64,000 bases of DNA from contig CAWJLF010000001.1 in assembly GCA_963843635.1 (NCBI GenBank), positions 10,352 to 74,351 on the forward strand. Direction: 5' to 3'. The position numbers and the translations under genes were made by a program. Below are positions 63,632 to 64,000 of this stretch, piece by piece. Position 1 is the stretch's first letter, and each line of letters starts with the position of its first letter. The notes below the pieces were generated by a model. The model was given only the letters and a program-made list of their open reading frames with translations. It searched no databases and was not told the DNA's origin. Source of the stretch: an uncultured Bacteroidales bacterium. GTDB lineage: Bacteria > Bacteroidota > Bacteroidia > Bacteroidales > VadinHA17.

Positions 63632-64000
63632 TTATTCAATCCTTAGTGCTTCTGCCGGATTATAGTTGGCTGCCTTTATCGTTTGGTAGCTAATAGCAAG
63701 CCACCCGATCAACAGAGTGATAAGGGTTGCTGCTATATAAATAACAGGGCTTACTGATATTTGGCTTGCAAAGCCCTCGAGCCAGTATCCTGAACCGAAG
63801 TAGGCAACCGGATATGCAATAAGTGATGATATAAGTATCAGGTATATCACTTCTTTTGACAGGATACTGAGTATTATTGATTCTGTTGCTCCGTATGTTT
63901 TTCTTATACCTATCTCTTTTGTTCTTTTATTCGTTATGAAGGTTACCAGGCCTATAAGTCCAATACAGGCTATGAATATGGCAAGTAATGAGAATATTAT
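63632..64000 (-). CDS. ABC transporter permease (FtsX/MacB type), 3' part; runs off the window end
   Basis: LAIFIACIGLIGL...KRTKEIGIRKTYGA...NPAEALRIE. Confidence 0.88.
   Translation of the reverse strand: MIFSLLAIFIACIGLIGLVTFITNKRTKEIGIRKTYGATESIILSILSKEVIYLILISSLIAYPVAYFGSGYWLEGFASQISVSPVIYIAATLITLLIGWLAISYQTIKAANYNPAEALRIE

Overview
Chromosomal window from a Bacteroidota genome, most likely Bacteroidales: TAnnTTTG -7 promoter boxes, T9SS cargo proteins and a PorP/SprF gene. Most of it is housekeeping (mtaB, PIN-PhoH, folC, 5'-nucleotidase, TerC, PAS kinase, peroxiredoxin, cca, trxA, xseAB, dnaK, panB, RluA, a two-component pair, cdd, a LysM glucosaminidase, fmt, ribBA, LptF/G). It also holds a roughly 19 kb giant T9SS type-B surface protein gene with layered internal repeat arrays, and an approximately 8.3 kb decaying island next to tRNA-Met (ABC exporter plus a sigma-54 two-component system). 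Two blocks (about 23.6-35.5 kb and 44.7-49.3 kb) are full of single-base frameshifts, even in essential genes, which points to consensus errors rather than real pseudogenes. The most unusual signal is non-coding. Both tRNA genes (Val-TAC, Met-CAT) are followed by tandem arrays (83 bp x5; 127 bp x3) of nested palindromes. The arrays differ in sequence but share an architecture: an inverted copy of that tRNA's own trailer, an AGCTTGCT hairpin and shared AGGTAATCCG/CGGATCAC motifs. At tRNA-Met the array also ends in a copy of the tRNA 3' end, and a piece of it reappears at the far end of the island. Also found: two copies of a roughly 150 bp MITE-like element with co-varying terminal inverted repeats, a candidate ECF-promoter sRNA antisense to ATGAAAAAA starts, and sigma-54 promoters at dnaK and the island ABC operon.
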